Shown piece by piece: positions 46,644 through 58,580 of a stretch of DNA of 64,000 nucleotides (position 1 is the stretch's first letter; the number at the start of each line of letters is the position of its first letter). This DNA is from a virus, in the IMG/VR virus record IMGVR_UViG_3300034158_000010, positions 1-64,000 of that record; one strand, written 5' to 3'. The notes beneath the pieces were generated by a model. It had not been told where the DNA came from. It made no database searches and saw nothing but the letters and a program-made list of their open reading frames with translations. The translations under genes and the position numbers were made by a program.

Positions 46644-49295
46644 TTAAGTCCTCGTGATGTAAATGAATGGCGAGAGTTCCATCTCTTGACGCAACATCAG
46701 CTTCAACACACGAGTGTAATACGTGTACTGTTCGTCAGTCAGGGCAACAGGGGATTCAAACCAATGTGGATAAACCTTCACATGGTTGGTATTGTAATCG
46801 TGGTTCAGGATATCGAAAGACTTCAACCAGTCGTAAGACTTAAGCTGATTAACGATGTCCATGTCCGTATACCGACCGTTCACGTAAGGAGGTTTAAGAC
46901 GACCAGCCAACATGTCCGTCAAGATCTTTTGCGAGTAACTGGAGTAAACGTGATAGTGGCGAGGGATATTATCCGTTTGCGTACGATCGCGTCTAGGGAA
47001 GTAATACCCCATAGCGTCACTAGTCCATTGGTCACGCTTTATATCCTCGTCACGGGCCTTCAGATCGTCTTTAAACACGGTCTTGAGAGTTACCTGCGGA
47101 GTTTGTATCTGAAACGGTGCACCATTGCGTTCACCTTTGATGGTGTAAGCATTTCTGTCCTCTTCAAACACAACATCACGATAGTCTTTATAGTGGCCAT
47201 CGATGATGATACGCTGCATTTTGTTTTCATGGATGTGGTAAGCCGCGTCGTTAGACAGGATACCGTATTCCACAAACCCAACTTCACTTGGGGGATTACG
47301 TTTAAGGTCAGGTGTGCAGAAACCACTGCCTCGGGTAAGGATCGTTTGTACGCCAAGATTCGAACGGTACTCAAGGTTGTTCACCACGACCATATCGTCT
47401 TCAGTAAAGAAGTCCAAGCCATAGCACAGAGCACGGTTGTTTTCAATGACGTCGAGTTGACCGAATGGGATCTCAAGCGGTTTGTTAACCAGTCCTGCGC
47501 CCATGTCTTCCCAAGCTGAGATCTGATAACGAATCAAACCCACGGTGTCAAGATAACGAACTTCTTTAAGGTAGAAGTACTCATCCGTCCGAACGTAACC
47601 AAGATAGCTATTAGCGGGTACGGTCCAAACCCATTTGGGGTTATAGAGATCGTCATCAAAGAACCCGTAGGTATCTCGATCAGGTGCGTCAGTAATGTCA
47701 ACCCACTCCTTGGTAGGTACACCACCCCAAACTTTGGTCACGTACACACGCCAGTTATAACCGTACTTGATCGGTACTTCAGTGTTACCGTACACACCAC
47801 CCAGATTGTCAGAACCTTTACCCGTGATGCACTCGACCATAGCGCAATTAGAGGCATGTGGGAAATACTGCTTACCACCGGAGTGATAGTAGTAACCCAA
47901 CAGCACACCAGCTGCGTCGTATTCGAACACAGTGCAATCGCGCCAGTAGTAGAAGGCAAGATCCGCACGGCGTACACCGGTATTAGGATCAGGTACAACT
48001 GGAGCTGGGTTATCAGCCAGCAGCTTCCCACATTCAAAGTAACCGAATACTTCACCCGCCCAATTCTGAGCGTCTACCTTACCCTGCGCATTAAGTGCTG
48101 GGTCGTTATAGGTGATCGGGTAAATGATCTTAGGATCAGCTGACATGAACTGAACGTATTGAGATCGTTCAAGGTTCTCTGCACGCCACAGCGGGTTATG
48201 TGAATCAACACCCGTCATGCACTCAAGGATCTGCCGCGAGTTAAGCTTATACAGTTCCCAGATGCGTTGTACGTCAGCAACCAGTGGTCGCTCGTAAGCC
48301 CCGTAACGAAGATACATCCGCACAGTCAAATTACTGGCATCGGTCCACACCGGGTTCTCAGCTACAAACTCTTGCACCTTACTAACCGGTAGGCTGTAGT
48401 CTTTGTGAGTCAGTTGACGTAACCAAATCCCATCGTTGTGATGGACAGTGATCCCTTTAAAGCCGCCAGCTACAGTAGTGGGCTTAGTCAGCGTCAAAGT
48501 GATGTCGTCGTAGAAGTCAATGACCTTAGCATCTGGATCAGTGTAGTGCAGGATGTACTTACGTTGTGTGTCCAGTGTGGAGTTGAAGGTCTTGAGGTCA
48601 GTCAGAGGTAAAACCACCTCTTTCTTGATCGAACCGTCCAATACAAACTCACAGTGGTCACCTGGCTTCGCTGTAACGATGCTGATTTCGTTTACAGGGC
48701 ATCCGTTGACGTAGTACATAGCAACACCGCCCTTAGCGGCTAACGTGTCTATACAGCGGATCTGGAGCTGTCTGATCGAATCCTGTGTCGGAGCGATAAT
48801 ACAGTCGGTAATGATCCACCGGCGATTAGCTTCTGCTGAACGTACGGAGTCGAAGTAGGCATTGTGATACAGGTGCAGGTAAATCTGGTGATCATCCAAC
48901 GTTGGGAACAGGTCGTTGATCTTTACAGCTACCAAAAGGTTCTCACGACTGGTAACCATCACGTAGGTTTCAGACATGCTGTAACGAATACCGTTGGTCT
49001 GGTAGACGTCTGCTAATGTCAGGTGTGTAGACGCTAAGTCTTTCAACTTGATCCAAGTGTCACGGCGCAACAAACCCATACCGACGTTTGCTGGAATGAC
49101 CTGTCCAATTTGATAGACGTGATAATAGTCACGGTTGTTGTTAGTCGGCATGAAGTACCGAGTCTGTTCAACAACGTAGTTTGACCGCACACCGTAGCGT
49201 GGGGTCAATTGCTGGAGAGCATACGTGAACTGGTTATCAACAGCGGGGTTACACCAGACATTATCAATTGCGTAGCGCAAGAGATAGTTATCCAT
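46644..49295 (-). CDS. Virion structural protein (phiKZ gp27-like)
   Basis: 883 aa; N-terminal NVWCNP; synteny. Confidence 0.65.
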   Translation of the reverse strand: MDNYLLRYAIDNVWCNPAVDNQFTYALQQLTPRYGVRSNYVVEQTRYFMPTNNNRDYYHVYQIGQVIPANVGMGLLRRDTWIKLKDLASTHLTLADVYQTNGIRYSMSETYVMVTSRENLLVAVKINDLFPTLDDHQIYLHLYHNAYFDSVRSAEANRRWIITDCIIAPTQDSIRQLQIRCIDTLAAKGGVAMYYVNGCPVNEISIVTAKPGDHCEFVLDGSIKKEVVLPLTDLKTFNSTLDTQRKYILHYTDPDAKVIDFYDDITLTLTKPTTVAGGFKGITVHHNDGIWLRQLTHKDYSLPVSKVQEFVAENPVWTDASNLTVRMYLRYGAYERPLVADVQRIWELYKLNSRQILECMTGVDSHNPLWRAENLERSQYVQFMSADPKIIYPITYNDPALNAQGKVDAQNWAGEVFGYFECGKLLADNPAPVVPDPNTGVRRADLAFYYWRDCTVFEYDAAGVLLGYYYHSGGKQYFPHASNCAMVECITGKGSDNLGGVYGNTEVPIKYGYNWRVYVTKVWGGVPTKEWVDITDAPDRDTYGFFDDDLYNPKWVWTVPANSYLGYVRTDEYFYLKEVRYLDTVGLIRYQISAWEDMGAGLVNKPLEIPFGQLDVIENNRALCYGLDFFTEDDMVVVNNLEYRSNLGVQTILTRGSGFCTPDLKRNPPSEVGFVEYGILSNDAAYHIHENKMQRIIIDGHYKDYRDVVFEEDRNAYTIKGERNGAPFQIQTPQVTLKTVFKDDLKARDEDIKRDQWTSDAMGYYFPRRDRTQTDNIPRHYHVYSSYSQKILTDMLAGRLKPPYVNGRYTDMDIVNQLKSYDWLKSFDILNHDYNTNHVKVYPHWFESPVALTDEQYTYYTRVLKLMLRQEMELSPFIYITRT

Positions 49296-49306
49296 TGTTT
49301 GTTCCC

Positions 49307-50248
49307 TTAGTCGAAGTTTTCGTACTGTTCGCTTACTTGACGGAATACCATGTCGGTAAACCCTTTAAGCTCATGTGGACGAGCCACGGTATCGGCACGT
49401 TGAGACAATACTGTCTTACGATAACTGCGGTCACCCACAGCCATATACAACATAGCGATGTATGTCGGGAGATGTTCCAAGGCTACGCCAACGTTCTCAC
49501 GGGAGTTGGTGCCGAACCAGCTGTTAGACAGCAACAGGAAGAGATCCTGAAACTTAAGCTTACCGGTACGTTCCTGATAAGACTTAGTCGACATGGCTTC
49601 TGCCAGATCATCAGCATTCTTCAGAGGACCCACGTCAAGGATAACGTTGATAACGAAGTCAGGTGGTACGCCAGTGATACGCGATACAACCGAAGCGAAC
49701 TGTTGACGGGCTTCTTGGTTAGCGTCCTGAAGTTCAGGCATGCACATTGCGTAATAGTAGTAGGCGCAAATAACCCACAAGGCCATCTGAGATTCGATGG
49801 TTAAACCGAACTTGGTTACGAGTGGCCCACTAACCCAACGAGTGAACACCTTGGCTGGAATATCACCGAGGCGGCTAAACATGGAATCATCACCTTTCAA
49901 TAGGCGTGTATTCAATGCCATTCGGATACATTGAAAACTCCAGTCGTTGTTTGCTGCCAGACGATATGTACCTTGGCGTGCGTCGTACTTAAAATACTGC
50001 CGTCCATCGATCAACAGCTTAGGCTCTCCTTGCGTCCCAATATCAATGTACTGGGTGAACATAGGGATCGACTCGTGCTCTGGAATCGGGGTAACGAAAT
50101 AACAGTTTTTAAGCAGGTAATTGGCTGGCGTCTTTACCTGAGGAAAAGGTTCACTGAGTTCAGCCTTTCTCACCTCACGGTAGAGTTTGTCAAGACCTGC
50201 CTGTGAATAAATGCTACAGATTTTCGTTTGATACGGTAGGGTATACAT
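49307..50248 (-). CDS. Virion structural protein (phiKZ gp28-like)
   Basis: AAGGA RBS before MYTLPYQT; ALEHLPT motif; divergent from the sheath gene. Confidence 0.6.
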   Translation of the reverse strand: MYTLPYQTKICSIYSQAGLDKLYREVRKAELSEPFPQVKTPANYLLKNCYFVTPIPEHESIPMFTQYIDIGTQGEPKLLIDGRQYFKYDARQGTYRLAANNDWSFQCIRMALNTRLLKGDDSMFSRLGDIPAKVFTRWVSGPLVTKFGLTIESQMALWVICAYYYYAMCMPELQDANQEARQQFASVVSRITGVPPDFVINVILDVGPLKNADDLAEAMSTKSYQERTGKLKFQDLFLLLSNSWFGTNSRENVGVALEHLPTYIAMLYMAVGDRSYRKTVLSQRADTVARPHELKGFTDMVFRQVSEQYENFD

Positions 50249-50377
50249 CAAGGTGTATCCTTCTCTAGGGTTGTAAAATTTAACTAGTGACGTCAACTAT
50301 GTTTAATAAATATGATTGACTGTTAGTTAACACTCATAACATCGAGTTCAAAGCTCCACATTTGGGAGAACCAAAAG

Positions 50378-52474
50378 ATGGCAACTTTCACTAATGCGGT
50401 CCCGCGCGTGATTTTTAACGGGATTCGTGATCGTAGTCGTCGGGCACTTATCCGCCCTGACGAGTCCTACGCTCAACACACACCTTTGCTGCGTCTCTTC
50501 ACTGAGACTGGTCCAACTGCCACCACCTATGTTGGTGATACCGATGACGGCTTTGCTGGTATCTACGGTCAGATGTCCCTTGACCCACGCAGTAAGTATT
50601 TTAACCAACAGGGTCTGTTGGCTTTGAACCTGTTGGGTAATGCCAACGGCTTCTATGTAAAACGTTTGAAACCTGAAGACGCTGCTAACCCTGCGCGTAT
50701 CATCTTGGCCATTGATATGGTTCGGGACATGGTGCCTAAGCAAGTTACTCGCCTGAGCGGTTTCGTTTATCCTGACACCGTGCAAGTTGGTGGTTCGGGT
50801 GGCGTTACTACACTGGCCGATGAAATGATCGAAGGCTTCAAAGCCCGTATCGTTCTGATCCATGACAACGATTCTGAAGTGGGTACCCAGCGCGTTCTGC
50901 CTGGTAACTTCCAATCCAGCATCGACGGTACACAGTCTACTCAATATCCATTGATGGAACTCCCAGCATCGTTCTTCGGTAAACTGGGTAACCAACTGGG
51001 TATGCGTGTATGGTGTCCGACTGCTCTTGACATCGAAGGCTATGACGAAGCGGTGACCGACAAGTTCGATACCCGTATGTTCGGCTTCCAGTTCGTTGAG
51101 CTGATGGAAGGCTTGAATACACCTACCATCATGAAGACTGTTACTGGTGCAGACTATGTAGCTGTTTCTTTTGATGAAGGCGTTTGGTCTGAGTCTACTG
51201 ATGCTGAACTGTCTATCGACCAAGTTCTGATTCAGTCGTACGAAGATGATGGCATTGAATCGGGGATGACTCCTCTGTACTCGCCATTCAGCCAAGTCTT
51301 TGTTTATCGCGATAACATCGCTATGGTTCAACAACTGATCTTTGATTCGGAGCTGGTTTACAATAGCTCGTTCGCTGATCGTGTTAAAGGTCCGGGTCAA
51401 ATCGACTTCCTGACCATGCTGAACTTCGACGGTGACCAGTACCAAACCATTCAGTTGGATGGTGCATTGGAAGGTGGCGTACTGCTTGGTAAGAATGCTT
51501 CGGTATTCGCAACCGGCGGTGCTGACGGTACTACCAACTTCACTGAGTACGTTAAACAGGTTGACCTTGAGAACACCAACTTCGGTGATCTTGAAGACCA
51601 GTACGAAGACGTTGCTCGCTTCCAGTTCGGTTTCCTCTATGACACCGGTCTGCCATTGGCTTCTAAGTATCGGATGATGCGCACACTGGCTCGTCGTCAA
51701 GACTTGCAGTGCATGTTCACCACCTACGTAGAAACTGATGCACGTGGTCTCTCGGCTGCTGATGAAGTATCTCGTTGCATCGCTATCATGACTCGTCTGA
51801 AGGCGTTCCCTGAATCGGTACTTTACGGTACTCCGGTTGCTCGGGCAATGATCGTTCTGCAATCCGGTAAGCTGATGGGTGGTAACTACACCAAGCGTAT
51901 CCCTGCGGTAACCGACGTTGCGATGATGTGGGCACGTTATGCTGGTGCTGGTAACGGTATCCTGCGTCCGGGCTTCGAAATGGATGCAAGTCCTAACAAC
52001 GAAGTGTCCCTGATCAAGAACCTGAACGTTCCGTTCTTCAACGCTCGTACTGCTAGCAACCTGTGGTCCAACGGCGCTACCTACTCGACTACGTACAATA
52101 AACGTCGTCAGTATTACGCTTGCCTGCGTTCCGTTTACCTGGACGATACTTCGGTATTGCTGTCCCCAGTAACTGTGAACATCTGCTGCGTAATCATGCG
52201 TCTGATCCACAAGGTTCACGCTAAGTTCAGCGGTAACGCTTCTCTGACCAAGGAACAACTGGTAGAGCGTTGCGACCAAGAGATCCTGGACATCACTCGT
52301 GACCTGTTCGGTTCTCGCGTAGATATCATTCCTCGGACTGAGATCACCAAGACCGACGACAATAACGGCTTCAGCTGGACCTGTACTGTGACTGTTGCGG
52401 CGAACAACCCGCGCACCACCATGGACTTCAAGCTTGAAACCATTCGTCGTGATACCGTAACTCAAGTCGCTTAA
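50378..52474 (+). CDS. Tail sheath protein (phiKZ gp29-like)
   Basis: 698 aa; GIRDRS, GGADGT, YDTG and PES..YGT motifs; followed by the tube gene. Confidence 0.88.
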   Translation: MATFTNAVPRVIFNGIRDRSRRALIRPDESYAQHTPLLRLFTETGPTATTYVGDTDDGFAGIYGQMSLDPRSKYFNQQGLLALNLLGNANGFYVKRLKPEDAANPARIILAIDMVRDMVPKQVTRLSGFVYPDTVQVGGSGGVTTLADEMIEGFKARIVLIHDNDSEVGTQRVLPGNFQSSIDGTQSTQYPLMELPASFFGKLGNQLGMRVWCPTALDIEGYDEAVTDKFDTRMFGFQFVELMEGLNTPTIMKTVTGADYVAVSFDEGVWSESTDAELSIDQVLIQSYEDDGIESGMTPLYSPFSQVFVYRDNIAMVQQLIFDSELVYNSSFADRVKGPGQIDFLTMLNFDGDQYQTIQLDGALEGGVLLGKNASVFATGGADGTTNFTEYVKQVDLENTNFGDLEDQYEDVARFQFGFLYDTGLPLASKYRMMRTLARRQDLQCMFTTYVETDARGLSAADEVSRCIAIMTRLKAFPESVLYGTPVARAMIVLQSGKLMGGNYTKRIPAVTDVAMMWARYAGAGNGILRPGFEMDASPNNEVSLIKNLNVPFFNARTASNLWSNGATYSTTYNKRRQYYACLRSVYLDDTSVLLSPVTVNICCVIMRLIHKVHAKFSGNASLTKEQLVERCDQEILDITRDLFGSRVDIIPRTEITKTDDNNGFSWTCTVTVAANNPRTTMDFKLETIRRDTVTQVA

Positions 52475-52508
52475 GGCGGCTTGTGTTTCATCATTAGAGG
52501 AATAACCG

Positions 52509-53384
52509 ATGAAACGTTATACAGATCCAATGGCCCCCGTCACCGGTTACGGTGCTGGCGGGGCAAAGAACACCATTAACTTGGCACAGGCGGGTACTGA
52601 TGTATTCCGTCCTGACCTGGCTAACTTGGCGAGCAACACCCCTTACGTAAGTCGTAACGTTGTTCCTTTCCTGCTTGAAGCACCTCGGTTCTTCCAGTAC
52701 GCTAAGGACCCACGTCAACTAGTTCGTTCTCTGAAAGCTCTGGTAGAAAACCACGTACGTACCATCGATGGTCTGCAACAAACTGTAACGGTAGATACCG
52801 CTGACGCTCCTTGGGGTGGTTCGGGTGAAGCCATTCAGGTTGCTACTAACGTTACCCGTGCTCGGTCTAACCCTTCGTTGGGTTGCTGGGAACTGCAAGG
52901 TCGTGCCGTTCAGCGTTTCTTGCGCTGGTGGATTACCTACGGTATCGGCGATGAGAACACCAAGGTTCCACGTATTGTGGCTGAAGGTAACGTTCCTGTT
53001 GAGAAATACGATGCGACCTTCTATGGCGCTACCGTTCTCTTCGTAGAACCAGACCCAACGTTCCAAGACGTGACTAGTGCCTACCTGTGTACTAACATGT
53101 TCCCTCTGTCTACTGGTCCATGGGAGTCCCGTAAGGATGCTTCTCAGATCGGTCAGAACTTGGACTTGTCCATTGAGTTTGCTGCGATGACCGACGTTTC
53201 CGAAGGTGTGCAAATGTACGCTCGTGAACTGTTCCAGCGCATGAACATCCGTGGTATGAACCCGAACGATCAACGCACCTGGACCGAAGGCATCTCTGCT
53301 AACGTTAACGCTGCGAACATCGGCCTGAAAGAACAGCTTGAGCGTTCCGCCAGCAACCGTGTAACCTACAACGGGGTTAACTAA
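52509..53384 (+). CDS. Tail tube / major virion protein (phiKZ gp30-like)
   Basis: 291 aa after the sheath; LFVEPDPT...AYLCTNMFP. Confidence 0.82.
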   Translation: MKRYTDPMAPVTGYGAGGAKNTINLAQAGTDVFRPDLANLASNTPYVSRNVVPFLLEAPRFFQYAKDPRQLVRSLKALVENHVRTIDGLQQTVTVDTADAPWGGSGEAIQVATNVTRARSNPSLGCWELQGRAVQRFLRWWITYGIGDENTKVPRIVAEGNVPVEKYDATFYGATVLFVEPDPTFQDVTSAYLCTNMFPLSTGPWESRKDASQIGQNLDLSIEFAAMTDVSEGVQMYARELFQRMNIRGMNPNDQRTWTEGISANVNAANIGLKEQLERSASNRVTYNGVN

Positions 53385-53389
53385 TACTC

Positions 53390-53671
53390 ATGGCACAACC
53401 TAACGGAACATGGCCCTTGAGCCACAGTAGCAATACCTTTACTGGTAAGTCTCCATCGGCTACTACGGATGAAGCACAGAAGTACAAAGACATGCTAGGC
53501 TTTCAAGCGGCTGGTGAGGACGTTGGGTTGTTCTACCAATTGAATCAAACGGCAGCAGCGGAGCCTGAGGAACCTGTAGCTTACGGTAATAGTAAGTCAC
53601 GGCAGAGCCAGAACATTGCCAACTACGGCAATGACGCTCGACCGATTGAAGCAGGCGGCGTGTACAGTTGA
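53390..53671 (+). CDS. Hypothetical late protein
   Basis: Between tube gene and terminator. Confidence 0.65.
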   Translation: MAQPNGTWPLSHSSNTFTGKSPSATTDEAQKYKDMLGFQAAGEDVGLFYQLNQTAAAEPEEPVAYGNSKSRQSQNIANYGNDARPIEAGGVYS

Positions 53672-53674
53672 CAG

Positions 53675-53709
53675 CATATTGCCCAGCCATCAGGCTGGGC
53701 TTTATGTCG
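53675..53709. terminator. Bidirectional terminator
   Basis: GCCCAGCC-ATCA-GGCTGGGC-TTTATG. Confidence 0.8.
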
Positions 53710-54954
53710 TTACCGAGTGTAATAGCTTTTAGTGATTGCTCTCAGGATGAGGTACAAACACAGTCCGGTACGGGTAGATGCAACTTGACCAGCGTGTTTA
53801 GAGTTAGTAGCGTTCTTCACAATCTGATCACCCATATCACGGATGAGGATTACACGTGGGTCAGAAGACTTAGGTGCCATCAACAATAGCCGTAGCCGTG
53901 CAGTCAGTGGTGCCAGATCATTCTGTCTTTGAACAGACAGTTTAATCGACTGCATATACTCAAAGCAATACAACAGTGATTCATCTACGAACTTGGTTAA
54001 GTCCTTCGATCGAGCTTGGTTAAAGTTACGGGCGATAAACTCAAGCGATTGAATCAACATAGCTTCAGGCATGGTGTGCATGGCATTACCAATAACTCCG
54101 AGCAAGTCATTCTTAATCAGGTTGTCCTTAGAGATACACACGGTGTGCATGTAACCGATATAAGAACGGTAACCGTTTACTTTGTCACGTAGCGCCATTT
54201 CACCATCGGTGTTGATCATGATATCCGAAGTAGTACGGATCATTGCACCGGAGTTCAAGGTAGCGATGTAGACAGAGTAGTACTTGTTGATCAGTTCACG
54301 GATACGGGTCTGTGTGTCTGTTACTACCCGACGAGTCCAGTAGTCATAATCAACGCCCGGTTGTTCTGATAGCACCGGCCAGTAGATAGACTCATTCGAG
54401 ATAATCCCTACCGCACGATCTTTAATCAGGTTACCCCAACTACCCAGAGTTTTGATATCGAACTTGTAGTTCAGCGCAGCGAATGAAGCTTCAGCTACTT
54501 CCCGTCTGGCAGGGTACTTGAAACGTCGCACAAGCAACGATGTCAGGTACTTGTAGTGTAGGACCTGGAATGCATGCTTGCACGCCTCCTGTCGCGTTTT
54601 AATCGGGATGTTGGATTCCTTAAGCAGTCGCATGGTAATGTAACCCGGAGTGTAGTTCATCACGTCTGATGCTACCTTCTGGTTTGCAGGGTCCACGCCT
54701 TCTGCCCTTTGGAAATCGTATTGCAGGTGATCTTCATCTACGTGAAGTACGTCATCAAACCAAAGCTCTCGGTCTGTGTCGTAGAAGTAGATAGGGTTCA
54801 CACCCATGAGCACCCCACCAAAGAAAGCGGAGTGATCTTCGTTACGGTTCATAAAACGAATCGAGAACTCGATGATCCGTTTACATAGGGCGGCATCAAA
54901 CTTAACATGTTTGAAATGTTCATCCATTACCTCCCGCATTGTTTTCTTTGCCAT
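53710..54954 (-). CDS. Conserved jumbo phage protein (phiKZ gp32-like, probably structural)
   Basis: 414 aa; H..FFGG.L.GV motif; synteny. Confidence 0.6.
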   Translation of the reverse strand: MAKKTMREVMDEHFKHVKFDAALCKRIIEFSIRFMNRNEDHSAFFGGVLMGVNPIYFYDTDRELWFDDVLHVDEDHLQYDFQRAEGVDPANQKVASDVMNYTPGYITMRLLKESNIPIKTRQEACKHAFQVLHYKYLTSLLVRRFKYPARREVAEASFAALNYKFDIKTLGSWGNLIKDRAVGIISNESIYWPVLSEQPGVDYDYWTRRVVTDTQTRIRELINKYYSVYIATLNSGAMIRTTSDIMINTDGEMALRDKVNGYRSYIGYMHTVCISKDNLIKNDLLGVIGNAMHTMPEAMLIQSLEFIARNFNQARSKDLTKFVDESLLYCFEYMQSIKLSVQRQNDLAPLTARLRLLLMAPKSSDPRVILIRDMGDQIVKNATNSKHAGQVASTRTGLCLYLILRAITKSYYTR

Positions 54955-55018
54955 GACTGTAGCCTCTTGATTAATCAGATCATTAGACAGACTCGTATAT
55001 TAGAAGTCATTTAAAGCC

Positions 55019-55026
55019 TATATTAC
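55019..55026 (+). promoter_or_regulatory. Early promoter TATATTAC
   Basis: TTAGAAGTCATTTAAAGCC-TATATTAC-TTTAGTGAATCT, nearly identical to the 38361 copy. Confidence 0.85.
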
Positions 55027-55062
55027 TTTAGTGAATCTACTAACATTAAAGAGGATCTTGAT

Positions 55063-56425
55063 ATGAATACAGCTACCGTACTGCGTGAGAAACATGCCCC
55101 AGACCAAGCTTCGGAATACATGCGCGGTCTTGACGTTGATAGCATCGTCTATCCTGAAATTCATGAAGACGTTCCGGTGTTCCGTAACCGTCGTCAGTGG
55201 AAACGTCATCTGGTTGCCGTGCACAACGCTAAGTACCTGGACAGTAAAGCTAACCCGGTATCGCGCAACGAAATCATTCGCGAGGTTGTTATCGATACGG
55301 TTGATGGTTTCCAAAAAGGCTTGGGGATCTAAACATGTGGATCAAACTGGTTAACACCGCCTTCGAGGTTAAACAGGATATTCACCACTTCCTTAAACCT
55401 AAAGGTGACTGCAAAGACGACCATGGCGAGCGTAGCAATAACAAGCTGCGCGATCAACCGTTCTATCAACGTGCCCGTAACGGCAAGATGAGGAAGCACT
55501 GATGCTTAAGAAGCCATCGAATAGCATACTGGATATATTCACACGAGTGTATCACCTGTATACTCACCTACAGAGTGATAGTGACAAAGAGATCCATATC
55601 GAGACGGTTGGTCATGCCTTGACCATCGGCGATAACCCGCTACAAACGATGCTGCTCTTTCAAAGTGATTGCAACGGCGGTGTGGTGATTAAGAAATACG
55701 GTTACACTGATGACGTCGAGTGTCTGGTTGACACCGATCACTTCAAAGTAACTGACATGCGTGGGATCGAAGATTACATCATCGCATCCTTCGAACTGTA
55801 ACGGCCTATCCAATAACAGGAGTTGTACATGAGCAAGGTATCTACCTTTGCCTCCGCGTTTAAAGACTGCGGTATCGGCGGACGTTTCAGTAAGTTCCAA
55901 TTGGTTCAGGATCGCGAGTGGTTCAGCTTGATAGATGTAGATACATTGTCTAACAGCACGCATTGCTTTCGGATCTGTGAGACCTTCAACCCTAAAGCCT
56001 TCGATCAAATCAGTGGGCGTGACGCTCAGCTTCTGATCGAGAACAATCCAGAGTGGCTGACTTATTTTAAGACGGCTCAAAAGATTGTTGCGCGGGTTGT
56101 GAAAGACCATGGGGTTACTCGGTATGAGGATCATCACGTTGATCGGTCCGAAAACCTCTATTACCTCGACCGGTTGCATAAATCGGTGTTCGTGGTAAAT
56201 AACCAGTTTGTTATGGAGATCGGTCCGGTATTCCGTATCGCTCCTGAGATCCCGAGTCATGTAGTCTACGCCTATCTTGAGGCGAATGGGATGCGTGACC
56301 TTACCTGTAAAGATCGGGTGAAAGTATTTACACGTTACGATGAAGTTGTTATTTACTATCGTGGCGATTCGATTTATACTAATCTCACAGTCACACAATT
56401 CAATGAAGTGTTCGAGGTAGCGTAG
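55063..56425 (+). CDS. Four early ORFs (55063-55332, 55335-55502, 55502-55801, 55829-56425)
   Basis: RBSs and coupling. Confidence 0.7.
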
Positions 56426-56814
56426 TGGATATTGAAGTACAGGACGTATCTGTAGATTGCATTCTTGACTATGTCTTGAAGCAACCGCAAACCAGAATCC
56501 CAGTGTGGGAGAAGGTAGTGCTTGATCAGACTACCATTATCCCAATGATGCGTAATGGGAACCATGCACGTCTCCGTAAAGGCTTCGGTCTTTTCGTGGG
56601 GCGCTGCATGGTGGGCTATGCCGTGATTGACGAATCCAAGCACAGCTTAGAGCTGTTGCATATCTCGGCTGGCGTACGTGGGCATGGTTTGAGTACGTTT
56701 CTTTTGAAACAACTTCATATCAAATCAGTATCAGTTGATGAGGCTAACCATGTCGCCATCAAGCTGTATCGCAAACTCGGTTACACAATCGACTTGATTA
56801 AGGAAGAAGAATGA
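56425..56814 (+). CDS. GNAT-family acetyltransferase
   Basis: LHISAGVRGHGLSTFLL (motif A) and NHVAIKLYRKLGY (motif B). Confidence 0.85.
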   Translation: MDIEVQDVSVDCILDYVLKQPQTRIPVWEKVVLDQTTIIPMMRNGNHARLRKGFGLFVGRCMVGYAVIDESKHSLELLHISAGVRGHGLSTFLLKQLHIKSVSVDEANHVAIKLYRKLGYTIDLIKEEE

Positions 56815-58498
56815 ACACCATTGTACCTGCTCACTCCCTGGCTACCCAAGCACTGTTGGACGTGAATAACGAGTTCCTCAGAACGGCGGCAACGTTCAAG
56901 AACAAATTCGGCCAACCCGTGGAGATCAAGGTGTCGATCGAGAACGGGGTGACTCATCCGAAGTTCGCCTATACCCTGAATGAATATCGCGCTGAGGTGA
57001 CAGCTGACCAATTCGGAAAGTTGTCGATCACGCTGTTTCATAACCATCGGTCGCTCATTACCTACAGTGATCCTGAGGGTAATCGAAATGAACTCATCAC
57101 CGGTGCGTATTCCGACACCATTCTCCACTGGTTGATCAACCACGACAAATAAGGATTTTCACATGCCACGTTTCTTGCCATCCCCTGTATTCGCCTTCAC
57201 CAAAAAACTGCTGGTGGAATTCGATAACTACGTTGAAGAGATCAACGAGAAGACTACCCGCATCTTGATCCATCCGATCCCGGAAGGTATTCGCCTGCGT
57301 AACTTGGCAGACGATCGTTCCGCTACCGTTGAGATCAGTGGTGCACTGGTAACCATTCGTACCCTCGTCAAAGGTGCAGTCTTTCAAGAAATTTGGATGG
57401 CCGAAGATGAAGTAGAACGCATCTGCGACGACCTCATCACTTTCTTCACCCCACAGGAGTAATATCACATGGCTGTAATCCGCACTTGTACCGTTACCAG
57501 TAATGCCCAACTCGTCCGTGCGATGGTTGAGCGCTGTATGAATGAAGATCGTGGCGTTGACATGTTCATCACCAATGCTGACGATGGTATCAAGTTCTCT
57601 AACTGGGAAGGTTCCCGTAGCGCTGTGGTGATCGGTCATCCGATCTCTGTGGACTGCGTACGTATCACCTGGAAAGAACTGGACCGTGATGGCGGACGTG
57701 CCTGGGATGAAGACATCACTACCCACAGCTGTGAATCGTTGTTCGGGGTTAGTGAAGCTTTGACCCGTTTCATCTGCGATGCCGAATGGCCTAACTTCCT
57801 GACCCGTCATCGTAAATCCTACCCACGGGTTACCGAGTTCTTCGATGACAAGCCATACGGTACAGTGGATGTGGTTATCCAGATTAGCTCGAGTCTGGAA
57901 TCCCTGGATCTGTATCGCACCTGGGTTGAACAGAAGCTGACCTACAAGCAAGACGGGGGAGGCTACATGCACACGATCGGTCACATCAATGATCGACCTG
58001 TTTGCATCACCCCGATGATCCACAATGTGGGTGGTGTTAACGTGCTGTACGTTGAGGTCCAAAGCTCTTTGGTGGATTGGGAAATGATCGAGGATTGGGT
58101 GAAGCGCGTAGTGCCTGAAGGTACTCCAATGTGCAACAGTCCGATCAATGCACTCGGTTATATCCGTGACGCTATTCGTAAGAAAGGGGAAACTACCGAT
58201 GTTTAAAATTGTTGCTCAACCAAGCGTAGCTTACTGCCAAGCACTGCTCGCAGAGCTGGAAGCCTTGACCACTGGTGAAGATGCAGCTCATATCCCACGG
58301 GTATGGGTCCAGCATAGTGAAGGTGGTCTTACCTTTACCCACTCCGATCTTCACCGTGTTTGCCAGGTGAATATCTGGGGTGCGGTATCGGTCGAATTGA
58401 CTCGGGCACACTACGTCGACGGGAGTAGTTGTATCGGTATGTCTACGGAACAAGTAAAGGACGCTGCTAAAAAGATCTTTGATTTTATGGCAGAATGA
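56811..58498 (+). CDS. Paralog family D (56811-57152, 57163-57462, 57469-58206, 58199-58498)
   Basis: Shared G-h-x-h-x-N/H...R-x-x-x-V pattern. Confidence 0.65.
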
Positions 58499-58502
58499 CA
58501 TA

Positions 58503-58540
58503 ATGGCCACTCCTTCGGGAGTGGCTATTGTTGTTTTTTT
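58503..58540 (+). terminator. UUCG terminator
   Basis: GCCACTCC-TTCG-GGAGTGGC...T-run. Confidence 0.85.
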
Positions 58541-58580
58541 CTTTTATCTTGTGTAACCAATAACTTTACCGAGGTTCACT

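Noticed and set aside
50348-52465. 705 aa antisense ORF over the tail sheath gene
   Set aside because: Mirror-frame ORF expected from the codon bias of a highly expressed gene; no RBS or motifs
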